Made by a program: the position numbers and the translations under genes. Under the pieces are notes generated by a model. It was not told where the DNA came from and did no database searches. It saw only the letters and a program-made list of their open reading frames with translations. A stretch of 64,000 bases of DNA. Origin: a virus. Positions 9,675-18,507 of this stretch are shown here, one piece after another. How positions within the stretch are numbered: position 1 is the stretch's first letter; every line of letters begins with the position of its first letter. Location of the stretch: positions 33,921 to 97,920 of IMG/VR virus record IMGVR_UViG_3300036790_000317. One strand, 5' to 3'.

Positions 9675-10613
9675 ATGCCGGTTACCATTGCCGGGCCTCT
9701 GACGCCGTATATCACGCCTCAAATCCTCCTGAACGCGCCGACCGGGATTTCCTGGAAGACGATCCCGTCAACCGGCGCGACCGCGGCAGAGCAAGCTGCC
9801 GAGCAGATGAATCTCTGCATGCGTGCTACGTCCATGGTTGAGGCGTTCACGAACAACATCCTCCGCGCAACGATCGACACCGAGACTCTTTACGGCCCGG
9901 ATTTCCGGATTACGATTAACCGCAATACCGGGGTGACCCGGTGCGAGCTGTCCCGGTACCCGGTCACGCAGGTGCTGAGCGGGCAGTTCTCGAACGCTGC
10001 CAGCTTCCCGCCGCAGTGGGTTGCGATCGCCCAGGACCAGTTCGCCATCGACCGGCCGGTCATCGGCATCTACGGCTCGTCAGCGCCCAGCAACGCCGGT
10101 GACGGCGGGCAGTCCGTCTACGTTGCGCCGGGCAACATCAGCTGGGCCAACGGCCGGCTCGGCTACCAGCTTCAGATGACCTACGTCAACGGGTGGCCAC
10201 ACTGCAGCCTGACGGCTGCCGTGGTCTCGGGCGCGACCACGATTCAGGTTGACGACTGCACCGGCTGGGCACCGGTCACCTCCGGCGGGCAGGGGGCAAC
10301 GGGCGTCATCTTTGACGGGGACGACCAGGAGGTCGTCACGGTGACCGCCGCCACGGCGCAGTCCGGTCCCGGGACCTTGACGCTCGGGACCGGGCTGTCA
10401 TTCGGTCACGGTGCCCAGGTCGTCGTCAGCACCTTCCCGCAGCAGGTCATGCTCGCCGCGATCTTCTTTGCCACGGCGCAGGCGCTTGTCCGAGGCGCGA
10501 CGGCGACGACGATCCAGGCCATCTCCGGGACAGGGCAGGCGACAGCAAGTGGTCATTACGAGCTGATGAAGACCGGCGAGGAACTGCTCTGGCCGTACCG
10601 CAGGTCAATCTGA
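9675..10613 (+). CDS. Putative head-tail adaptor
   Basis: AGGAGG RBS; C-terminal LLWPYRR resembles adaptor termini; position upstream of tail genes. Confidence 0.55.
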   Translation: MPVTIAGPLTPYITPQILLNAPTGISWKTIPSTGATAAEQAAEQMNLCMRATSMVEAFTNNILRATIDTETLYGPDFRITINRNTGVTRCELSRYPVTQVLSGQFSNAASFPPQWVAIAQDQFAIDRPVIGIYGSSAPSNAGDGGQSVYVAPGNISWANGRLGYQLQMTYVNGWPHCSLTAAVVSGATTIQVDDCTGWAPVTSGGQGATGVIFDGDDQEVVTVTAATAQSGPGTLTLGTGLSFGHGAQVVVSTFPQQVMLAAIFFATAQALVRGATATTIQAISGTGQATASGHYELMKTGEELLWPYRRSI

Positions 10614-11122
10614 TGCCGGTCAACACTGTTCACCTGGCTATCAAGTCCATTCTGGATGGCCTGATCGTGCCGGGCAAGGCCGGCGTCCTGCACTGCTACA
10701 TCACGCCGGTAGACCCGCGTGAGGACCCGGACCCGGCCATCTATATCTGGCCGAGCCGGGGCCACGAACACCGGCAGTCCGTGCCACGCGCCAGCCCCGG
10801 GTACCAGCCGGCTACCCAGTCAGGATGGAAAGAAATCGAGCATACCATCGACGGGTTCCTGACCTGGTTTGGCGAGGACAGTGACAGCCAGGCTGACTCG
10901 ACGTTCCCGGCGGTCGTGGACGCGGTCCTGCAAGCCCTCAGGAACGCCGATGATCCGATGTACGCGGTAACGGACCCGCTGACCGGGCAGCAGTCAGACC
11001 TGGCCGGGATCGGAGAGAAGCTTGAGTACGAGATCGGCCCGGTCCGCACGGTCGCTGACCAGCGGTACCTCAGGTACGACGCGCTGATCACGATCCAGTT
11101 CTGCGAGTGGTTCCAGAGTTAA
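10613..11122 (+). CDS. Putative tail completion/terminator protein
   Basis: Size and position before major tail; TGATG overlap. Confidence 0.5.
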   Translation: MPVNTVHLAIKSILDGLIVPGKAGVLHCYITPVDPREDPDPAIYIWPSRGHEHRQSVPRASPGYQPATQSGWKEIEHTIDGFLTWFGEDSDSQADSTFPAVVDAVLQALRNADDPMYAVTDPLTGQQSDLAGIGEKLEYEIGPVRTVADQRYLRYDALITIQFCEWFQS

Positions 11123-11697
11123 TACTGCCACGCTTGCCCTTCCTGATCATAAGCTGATACCGGGATAATGGTGCCTGGCTTCACCAGGTTCCGGTACAAG
11201 ATCCCGTTCAGGTGATCAATTTCGTGGCAGGCTAGCCGCGCTGCGCCACGTTTCAGGGTCGTGAGCACGGTCATCCCGCTGGTGTCTTCGTGAATGACGT
11301 CGATAACTAGTGGCCTTGGCACGATTCCACGTACTCCGAAAAATGATAGGCAGCCCTCGTGCTGCTCATCGATTTCGGGTGATGAGAAGACAATCCGAGG
11401 ATTGAGCAGTGCCAATGCCACTCCACGTGGGGCGTGGATGACTGCTGCCGCACGAGATATGCCGATCTGCGGGGCGGCAATCCCCATGCCTTTCGGGAAG
11501 TCGTGAACAAGACGCAGGCGATCAAGCATCACTATCAGCCGGGAAATGATATTTCCAGCTTCGCTGGCTTCGGCTGGCAGATGAAATGGCGTCGTAACCT
11601 GAGTCAGTACCGGATCACCTTCCTGGACGATGCCAGCAGATTGCATCAGCTCAGCCGGGGTTGGCATGGTCATGTTTTGCTCCTGTTTCTGGGACAT
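11119..11697 (-). CDS. def: Peptide deformylase
   Basis: All three motifs: GMGIAAPQIG, EGCLS, HEIDHLNG. Confidence 0.95.
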   Translation of the reverse strand: MSQKQEQNMTMPTPAELMQSAGIVQEGDPVLTQVTTPFHLPAEASEAGNIISRLIVMLDRLRLVHDFPKGMGIAAPQIGISRAAAVIHAPRGVALALLNPRIVFSSPEIDEQHEGCLSFFGVRGIVPRPLVIDVIHEDTSGMTVLTTLKRGAARLACHEIDHLNGILYRNLVKPGTIIPVSAYDQEGQAWQY

Positions 11698-11757
11698 GGT
11701 TTCTTCTGATCTGTTTTATCTTCTTCATACGGTTCATGACATACAACACGGAGGCAA

Positions 11758-11988
11758 GTGCGATACGTTTTTTCGGGCCCCGGGACGTATGTTTTCCCGG
11801 AACGTGCGGGGACAGGCGGGACACTGACCACGGTACCTGGTGAGTCATATGAGTTTGCCGGAGACCCGCCGGGGCCACCGCAGTGGTGGAGCAAGGCAGC
11901 CAGCGCGGGCAAGAGCACGAGCGCAGGTACCAGCGCAGCTGCCACAGGCACCGGCACCACGAGTCCTGCAACGGAAAAGGGGAACTAA
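11758..11988 (+). CDS. Small hypothetical protein preceding major tail
   Basis: GGAGG RBS + GTG; abuts next gene. Confidence 0.5.
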   Translation: MRYVFSGPGTYVFPERAGTGGTLTTVPGESYEFAGDPPGPPQWWSKAASAGKSTSAGTSAAATGTGTTSPATEKGN

Positions 11989-11991
11989 CCG

Positions 11992-13251
11992 ATGCCACTC
12001 ACCGTCCCGACGACGATCTTTCCTTCCGAACGGCGGGCTATCGGCATCGCGAGGGAGGCCACCCCGGGTACCGGCGTCCTGCCGGTCTACACCGTCCCGG
12101 TGCAGGGCTTCATCCCGGAAGACAAGCCGATCTGGCTGCCGGACACCTCAATGCGCGCCGCGATGGCCGAGACCTACGGCCTCATCCAGGGCCCGTACGT
12201 TGCTGATCTTTCCGTTGAGAACAGCCCCGTCTACGGCGACACCATCGGCCACTTCCTGTGGAACACCCTCGGTGACTACACCGTTACCGGGACGGCAACC
12301 GGGTCCGTCACGACGACAACAGCAACGCTGAACCCGGGTGCTACCCTGCTCCCGGTGCTATCTACGTCCGGGTTCACGTCCGGCATGTGGGTTCAGATTG
12401 ACACCAATGGCGTGTCAGGCCCGTACAACGCCGAGATGGTCCAGTTCGGGTCACTCGTTGCCGGCACGGCGACGCTGACCGCGGCGACCCCGATCCGGCT
12501 GGTACATGCGTCTACCGCAACCGTGACCAACACGCACGGCGCGTATACCCACCGGTTCTCCCTGCTTAATGGTACCGCAAACGCGCAGCCACCGTCACAT
12601 ACCCTCACCGACAAGACATTCATTAACCAGAGTGTCTTCTCGCGGTTCTACCCGTTTACCTGCATGTCGGATATCACGTTCACGGGCAACGCCGAGGCAC
12701 TGTTCCGGTGGACCGGCAAGGGCATGGGGTACGCGGCGACGATCCCGGCCAGCACCCCGTCTGTCAACATCAGCACCGTGCCGGCCCAGCCGGTCTGGAC
12801 GTCCGTTGTCGGGCTCGGTGGCACGGCGGGCGGAGCTAGCCAGATCTATCAGATCGGAGAATGGGAGTTTAATCTCGTCCGGGTCGTAGAGCCGTACTTC
12901 ACCGCTGACGGCGCGCAGAACCCGTATGTCTTCGGCCGGGGCAAGTTCTCGACCAAGGGCAAGATGAACTTCATGCCGACCATCGACGAGACCCCGCTGC
13001 TCGACATGCTGAACAACACCCAGCCACAGCTTCAGGTTATCCAGACCAACAACCTGACCGGCAGTCAGCTCGTGTCGGTGCAGTTTGACCTGCAGGCTTG
13101 CGCGTTCGATGCCTCGGTTATCGAGCCTGGCAAGGCGCTATTCGGTTACAACGACACCTTCCAGGCCATCGCGAACACCACGAATGTCGGTAACTCGGCT
13201 GGCTACTCACCGCTATCTGTCACGGTCATCAATAATCTCCCGAGCTACTGA
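11992..13251 (+). CDS. Major tail (tube) protein
   Basis: GIARE.TPG N-terminus, T/G-rich, upstream of chaperone and tape measure. Confidence 0.8.
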   Translation: MPLTVPTTIFPSERRAIGIAREATPGTGVLPVYTVPVQGFIPEDKPIWLPDTSMRAAMAETYGLIQGPYVADLSVENSPVYGDTIGHFLWNTLGDYTVTGTATGSVTTTTATLNPGATLLPVLSTSGFTSGMWVQIDTNGVSGPYNAEMVQFGSLVAGTATLTAATPIRLVHASTATVTNTHGAYTHRFSLLNGTANAQPPSHTLTDKTFINQSVFSRFYPFTCMSDITFTGNAEALFRWTGKGMGYAATIPASTPSVNISTVPAQPVWTSVVGLGGTAGGASQIYQIGEWEFNLVRVVEPYFTADGAQNPYVFGRGKFSTKGKMNFMPTIDETPLLDMLNNTQPQLQVIQTNNLTGSQLVSVQFDLQACAFDASVIEPGKALFGYNDTFQAIANTTNVGNSAGYSPLSVTVINNLPSY

Positions 13252-13425
13252 CGGATAGGTCCGGCGGCTGTAAGCTTCGACAGTTTCAAGCTTCAGCGTG
13301 TCGTACCTGGTCAAGACTTCTGCGAGGACTTCCCTGGCTGCCCATTCTTTCCCAAAAGCTTTGCTGAGCAGCACGATAAGTTCCTGGGGGACTTCTTCCG
13401 GCGTCATTCCTGCCTCCGTAAGGCA

Positions 13426-14190
13426 TTACGTCTCGGTAAAAAGCATATTAGCATTCTGGATACAGCGCAGGAATTCTGGCTCGTAGCCGTTACTGCTGCT
13501 GGCCTTGATCAGCGCAGCCAGGTCCTTCGGCAGGCACCGCCCGCCAAATCCCGGCGGGAACCCGGCCATGGCCGTATACGCGGGGTTGATGCGAGAATCC
13601 TGCAGCCAGGCCGAGCGAGTTTCTTCCCATGAAATGCCGTAGCTCTGGCAGACCCTGGCCATCTCGTTGGCGAACGTGACCCGCATGGCCCAGTAGATGT
13701 TCGCGGTGTACTTCGCCAGCTCAGCTGGCATGGCCCGGCACTGGTAGATGACGCCGGGGTATATCTCGCGCAGTACGTCATGAAACCACTGTGTAGCCTG
13801 CTGGATCCCGCCCAGAATAAGCCACGGAACGTCTGAGCTGTCCTTCCAGATCCCTCCAGGGCGCTCGTGCATGAACTCCGGGCAAAAGCATGTCAGCCCG
13901 CTCCGGATAGCCTGAAGGCTGTCTGTTGTGCCGGGCGGGACGGTGGATCTGATGAGCATTGGCATTGTGGCTGGCAATCTCGCTGTGGCTGCGTGGAAAT
14001 CGGTGGTGTCCGCGGCCCCGTCTGGCCCTTCCGGGGTGCCGGTACAGATGACCGCGAAATCACAGCCGGCAATGTCCTGCTCCGGGTACGTGTCATTGAA
14101 CCGCGGATCATAGGTGACGAGGTCATGCTCTTTGAAGAACCTGGCCTGGCCGGTGCCGACGGTGCCCATTCCGATAATTGCCACCTTCAT
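13426..14190 (-). CDS. UDP-glucose/GDP-mannose dehydrogenase family, short form (no C-terminal domain)
   Basis: IIGMGTVG, RSTVPPGTT, PEF, AELAKY, GFGGRCLPKD; only 254 aa. Confidence 0.88.
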   Translation of the reverse strand: MKVAIIGMGTVGTGQARFFKEHDLVTYDPRFNDTYPEQDIAGCDFAVICTGTPEGPDGAADTTDFHAATARLPATMPMLIRSTVPPGTTDSLQAIRSGLTCFCPEFMHERPGGIWKDSSDVPWLILGGIQQATQWFHDVLREIYPGVIYQCRAMPAELAKYTANIYWAMRVTFANEMARVCQSYGISWEETRSAWLQDSRINPAYTAMAGFPPGFGGRCLPKDLAALIKASSSNGYEPEFLRCIQNANMLFTET

Positions 14191-14217
14191 GCAGTAACCA
14201 TAGCCTAGGAGGCACAT

Positions 14218-14592
14218 GTGCGTATTGACTTGCCAGGTGACGGGTGGGCCGAGCTGAGAGAGCCTTCAGATCTCCGTGCCAAGGACAAGATCGCCGTGCA
14301 GCGCGCCGTGGTGTTCAGCCTGCTCGGCAACCAGGAAAACGGCGAGGAAACCCGCATCCCCGTCAGTGCCGGGATGTCTGACGACATGTGCATCGCGCTG
14401 CTGTGCCGGCTTGTTACGGCATGGTCACTTTCTGAGACGCTCCCGCCAACACCTGAAATCCTCGAAGACCTGCCGGTTACTGTTTACAATGCTCTCTGCG
14501 AGGGCATCGAGCCGCACCTTGACCTCATCCGCACGGTCCCAAAACGCAAGACGCATACCGGGTCAAGTGGCTCATCGAAGGCAAGGCGGTAA
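14218..14592 (+). CDS. Tail assembly chaperone (gpG-like)
   Basis: AGGAGG RBS; position; in-frame slippery heptamer near 3' end. Confidence 0.75.
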   Translation: MRIDLPGDGWAELREPSDLRAKDKIAVQRAVVFSLLGNQENGEETRIPVSAGMSDDMCIALLCRLVTAWSLSETLPPTPEILEDLPVTVYNALCEGIEPHLDLIRTVPKRKTHTGSSGSSKARR

Positions 14593-14774
14593 CTGACCTC
14601 CCGACCGGCCTTGATGTTCACGACATCATGTACCTGATGCTGTATGAGCGATATCACTGGACAACCGAGGACATTGACAACCTGCCCGTGAAGCATTACA
14701 CGTACATCCCGGTTGTCGCGGCAGCGCAGGCTGAAATCCAGAAGGAGGGGCAGCGGAGAGGTGGACTTCAGTGA
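14218..14774 (+). CDS. Tail assembly chaperone -1 frameshift product (gpGT-like)
   Basis: C-CCA-AAA at 14538-14544; -1 frame open to TGA 14772-14774 (…YERYHWTTEDIDNLP…). Confidence 0.75.
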
Positions 14775-15249
14775 AGCATCCAGGGTCTACGCCCGGATCA
14801 GCGCCGCGTTCGGCCCCGGTAGTCAGGCAGCATGCAACGCCATGGCAAACGCCTTCCAGAAGGGCGTCAAGCATGAGCTGTCCCGGTTCCCGCACGGGGC
14901 GCATACCCCGACCCCGTCACCTCCCGGAGCGCCTCCGGGGATGATCAGCGGGCGGCTCATGGAATCCGTGACGAAGACGCCGGCTGTCGGTAGCGGTGGG
15001 CGGTACGAGTCCCTGGTCGGCCCGCACACGATTTACGACATGATCCAGGAGTACGGCGGCTGGATGCATGCTGACCGGTTCCAGTACATGAGCTGGGTTA
15101 CGGACGGGCGCCGGTACTGGCGGAAGAGCGTCGTGCTGCCGCCTCGCCCGTACATGCGGCCCGTGGCCCGGCGGATGAGCAGCAACGGGCAGCTTTCCGA
15201 GACGGGGCGCGACGCACTAGGAGCCGTTGTTTACCCGGTCGAGATCTGA
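14761..15249 (+). CDS. HK97 gp10-like tail component
   Basis: PPGMISGRL..S, Y..IQEYGG, LPPRPYMRP motifs. Confidence 0.7.
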   Translation: MDFSEASRVYARISAAFGPGSQAACNAMANAFQKGVKHELSRFPHGAHTPTPSPPGAPPGMISGRLMESVTKTPAVGSGGRYESLVGPHTIYDMIQEYGGWMHADRFQYMSWVTDGRRYWRKSVVLPPRPYMRPVARRMSSNGQLSETGRDALGAVVYPVEI

Positions 15250-15267
15250 GGGTGAGGGGGCAGGAGC

Positions 15268-18200
15268 ATGCCTGATCTTGACCCCATCATCCAGGAAATC
15301 GTCGTCAATGGCGCACAGGCCATCGGTGAGCTGAAAGATTTTGCTGAGCAGTGCCTTGAAGATGCTGCCGCGGCGAACGCCCTGAACGAGAAGCTTGCTG
15401 CCCTCACCGCCTGGTTCGCGGCAGCAGCCGGCCGGGTCAATGACTTCCGCAATTCGCTTCTCGAGCTTGCGGGGATGCTTTCGGGCGCAGGAGATGAGGA
15501 AGAACGCCTCGCCATCACGGCCGGCGAGGCAGCCACGGCCACGGATGTGCAGGCCAGCCGGGTCAATGATCTCCGGAACAGCCTGGCAGCGGCTACGGTC
15601 GCTGCGGGCATGTTCAGTCATGCTGAAGATAACTTGCGTGGCGCGATGGGCACGAAAACTGCTGCCGTCATCATCCAGGACAACCGGGTCAACGACCTGC
15701 GGAACTCGTTCATCGGCACCGCGATAGCGGCCGAGTCGCTAGTTGTTGTCGAGAACATGATGTCGGTTGCGAATCTCGTAAACGCGGCCACGATGAACAC
15801 AGCCAGCAAATCTGCCCAGAACATGCGCCGCTGGTGGTTCTTGTCGCTTACGGCGTTGCACTGGATCGTCGCCGGCACCGCGGAACTGGCTGCGGTGCTG
15901 ATCCCGGCCACGGTCGCGGCGGCGGCCTGGGCATTCGTATGGCTTCAGGGTGCAACCAACGTTCAGCAGCACATGACGGCGCTGTTCGATGCGACCGAGG
16001 CGATGGGGCAGGCTGCCGGGCAGACGACTGGTGAGATGCTCGGCCTCAGTGGCGCGTTCCAGCGTGCGCAGAACGCCGCCAACGTCCAGGTCTACCAGGC
16101 GTGGGGCTCAGCCGTTGACATCCTCCGTGAGTCGTTCGGCGGGCTGGCCACGACCGGCCTGGAAGTCGGCACCATCTTCGATGCGTTCATGGGCAAGCTG
16201 GCGTTTGATTTCAGCAGTGCCGGAGACGCCAGCGACGTTCTAAACAACGTTCTGGCTAAGATGATCCCGGATCTTATCGAGGTCGGGCAGTTTTTCGGCA
16301 ACCTGGGGCACGCCCTTGCCCTTGTTGGTGAGCAGATGCCGGGGCTTGCCGAGGTGATGCTCGGAGGACTGGCCGTCATCACGCACCTTATCGTCGCGGT
16401 GCTGAATTTTACTAACGTCCTCGGGCACATGGGCATCCCGATCCTCACTGCAGTCATCGCGCTTGAGGAATTTCAGCGCTGGGGCGGGCTATTCACTACG
16501 ATGATGATCAAAATGGGCGTCAGCGTAGAGGCTGCAACTGGTAAGTGGTTCGGCTGGACCAGGACCGGGACGACGGCTCTCGCTATTATCAGGATTCTCG
16601 GTGCCGGGATCGTCACCTTGGTCAGCGGGATCGGCGTTGCCATCAGGGCAATTCCGATTTTTGCGGCCGAAACGTCCGTGGCTGGGAACGCCATGATTGG
16701 TTTTGCGGCGAAGATCCAGCTTGCCCTGGATGCGATGACACCATTCCAGGCCGTGCTCATCCTTGCCGCGGCAGTGCTTGCCGGGTACTTTATTTATAAG
16801 ATGATCACGGCAACTACCGCTGCCCAGAAGTTTACCGACGCCCTTCAGAAAAGCGTAGAAGTTGCCAAGGGCTGGCAGGTGTTCACAGTTATCGGCAATA
16901 ATATTGGCGAACTGAGCCGCAAGATCCAGCAGGCCAATGACCAGATAGCCCAGCAGACGGCGCAGCTTAATCATCTGAAGAGCAGCACGAATAACGCCGC
17001 AGAAGGCTCGCATGCGTACACCGGCATCCTCGCAAACCAGGAAAATGCTCTTAACACCTCGAAAGCTGCCGTTGCCACGTACGCCGCCGAGATCGTCAAG
17101 GAAACGCAGCAAAGCGAGACCGCGAACAAGAACGCCCAGATGCTGGCGAAGACCTTCGGTATCTCGGTACCAGGTGCGGTCGCGCTTGCTGCTGAGGCGA
17201 ACGTCAGCCTGACGGGCGTCCTCAAGAATCAGAAGGGTCAGTGGACGGCGCTCGGCCAGCAGATTCTCGGTACCGAGCGTGGCTTCCAGAACATGGGGGC
17301 GACCGCGAACATGGTCGGCTCCTACATGCAGGACATCGCGGTTTCCGAGGGCCTTGCAGGCACCAAGATGCAGACCGTCAACCAGGCCATCGACCAGTTC
17401 GTGCAGAACCTCACCGGCGGCACGTCGGGCATGAGCCAGTTCGAGGAAAGCCTGCAGAATATCGGCACGATCGCCGCGGATACCGCGAATCACCTCGGTT
17501 CGACCAACGGGCAGATGACGCTGACGACGAGCCAGTTTGCCCATGCCATGAAAACAGACGTGGGCATCGGTGCTCAGGCATGGTCCAACTTCGATCAGCT
17601 TGTCGGCAGTACCGTGCCACAGCTCACGGACTGGCTGCGTACCGCGGGGACAGAGGGAGCCCTCAGCTTCGGGCAAGTCAAGACCGGTATCCTCAGCGCG
17701 ATCTCGCAGCTTCTTCCGTATGCCAAGGACAGCAAGACGGCGCAGGCGACGATCCTCGGCCTTGCCCAGGCAAACGGAATCCAGGCTAGTACGTACCCTG
17801 AGCTAGTCAAACAGATCAAGGATGCCCACGATAATCAGGGCAAGCTGAACCAGATCGTGGACCAGGGCACGACCGCGATGGCAAACCTCAGCAAGATCGC
17901 GCAGAACATGGGTGACGTGCTCAGCGGGCAGGTCACGTCGGCGCTGTCGCAGGCGGCGCTCAAGGCCTCCGGCTTCTACACCGCCGAGACGCATCTTGCT
18001 GATGCCCTCAATCACGGCTCGTCAGAGGGCAAGAATGCCGCGTACTGGGCTAGGGTCGTTGCGGGTGACGTCAATAAGGCGGGACAGCAGGCCCAGACCG
18101 CGGCGAATAAGGTGGGCATCCTGGCGACCAACCTCAGCCGGCTGCACAGCAAGACGATTGACGTGACAACGGTCATCCAGACCATCGGTGGCGTCGGGAC

Positions 18201-18507
18201 GGCTCAGACACAGGGTGAGAGTGGTCATAAGGTCCAGGCAGATGCCGGGGCGCTGCTGCCGCCGGGAATGACCGTGGTGCACAACCAGACCAGCGGGTAT
18301 GAAGCTATTCTCACACCAGGGCAGCTGGGCGGGCTGATGAACCAGGTGGCGGGTGGCAGTGGCGGTGGCACGACGGTTCACGTGCACGTGGGCGGCTCTA
18401 CGTTCGGCACCATGCAGGATATTACCAGAGCGGTGCAGACCGGCCTGAACCAGAAGACCCTGCGCAACGGCAGCACCCAGGCGTTCATCTCGGGACGGAA
18501 GCACTGA
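15268..18507 (+). CDS. Tape measure protein
   Basis: 1079 aa, Ala-rich helical with central hydrophobic segments; canonical position. Confidence 0.9.
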   Translation: MPDLDPIIQEIVVNGAQAIGELKDFAEQCLEDAAAANALNEKLAALTAWFAAAAGRVNDFRNSLLELAGMLSGAGDEEERLAITAGEAATATDVQASRVNDLRNSLAAATVAAGMFSHAEDNLRGAMGTKTAAVIIQDNRVNDLRNSFIGTAIAAESLVVVENMMSVANLVNAATMNTASKSAQNMRRWWFLSLTALHWIVAGTAELAAVLIPATVAAAAWAFVWLQGATNVQQHMTALFDATEAMGQAAGQTTGEMLGLSGAFQRAQNAANVQVYQAWGSAVDILRESFGGLATTGLEVGTIFDAFMGKLAFDFSSAGDASDVLNNVLAKMIPDLIEVGQFFGNLGHALALVGEQMPGLAEVMLGGLAVITHLIVAVLNFTNVLGHMGIPILTAVIALEEFQRWGGLFTTMMIKMGVSVEAATGKWFGWTRTGTTALAIIRILGAGIVTLVSGIGVAIRAIPIFAAETSVAGNAMIGFAAKIQLALDAMTPFQAVLILAAAVLAGYFIYKMITATTAAQKFTDALQKSVEVAKGWQVFTVIGNNIGELSRKIQQANDQIAQQTAQLNHLKSSTNNAAEGSHAYTGILANQENALNTSKAAVATYAAEIVKETQQSETANKNAQMLAKTFGISVPGAVALAAEANVSLTGVLKNQKGQWTALGQQILGTERGFQNMGATANMVGSYMQDIAVSEGLAGTKMQTVNQAIDQFVQNLTGGTSGMSQFEESLQNIGTIAADTANHLGSTNGQMTLTTSQFAHAMKTDVGIGAQAWSNFDQLVGSTVPQLTDWLRTAGTEGALSFGQVKTGILSAISQLLPYAKDSKTAQATILGLAQANGIQASTYPELVKQIKDAHDNQGKLNQIVDQGTTAMANLSKIAQNMGDVLSGQVTSALSQAALKASGFYTAETHLADALNHGSSEGKNAAYWARVVAGDVNKAGQQAQTAANKVGILATNLSRLHSKTIDVTTVIQTIGGVGTAQTQGESGHKVQADAGALLPPGMTVVHNQTSGYEAILTPGQLGGLMNQVAGGSGGGTTVHVHVGGSTFGTMQDITRAVQTGLNQKTLRNGSTQAFISGRKH

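Noticed and set aside
16489-17676. 395-aa minus-strand ORF (likewise 21678-22727, 36883-37803, 58488-59561)
   Set aside because: Antisense shadows of well-supported genes in high-GC DNA
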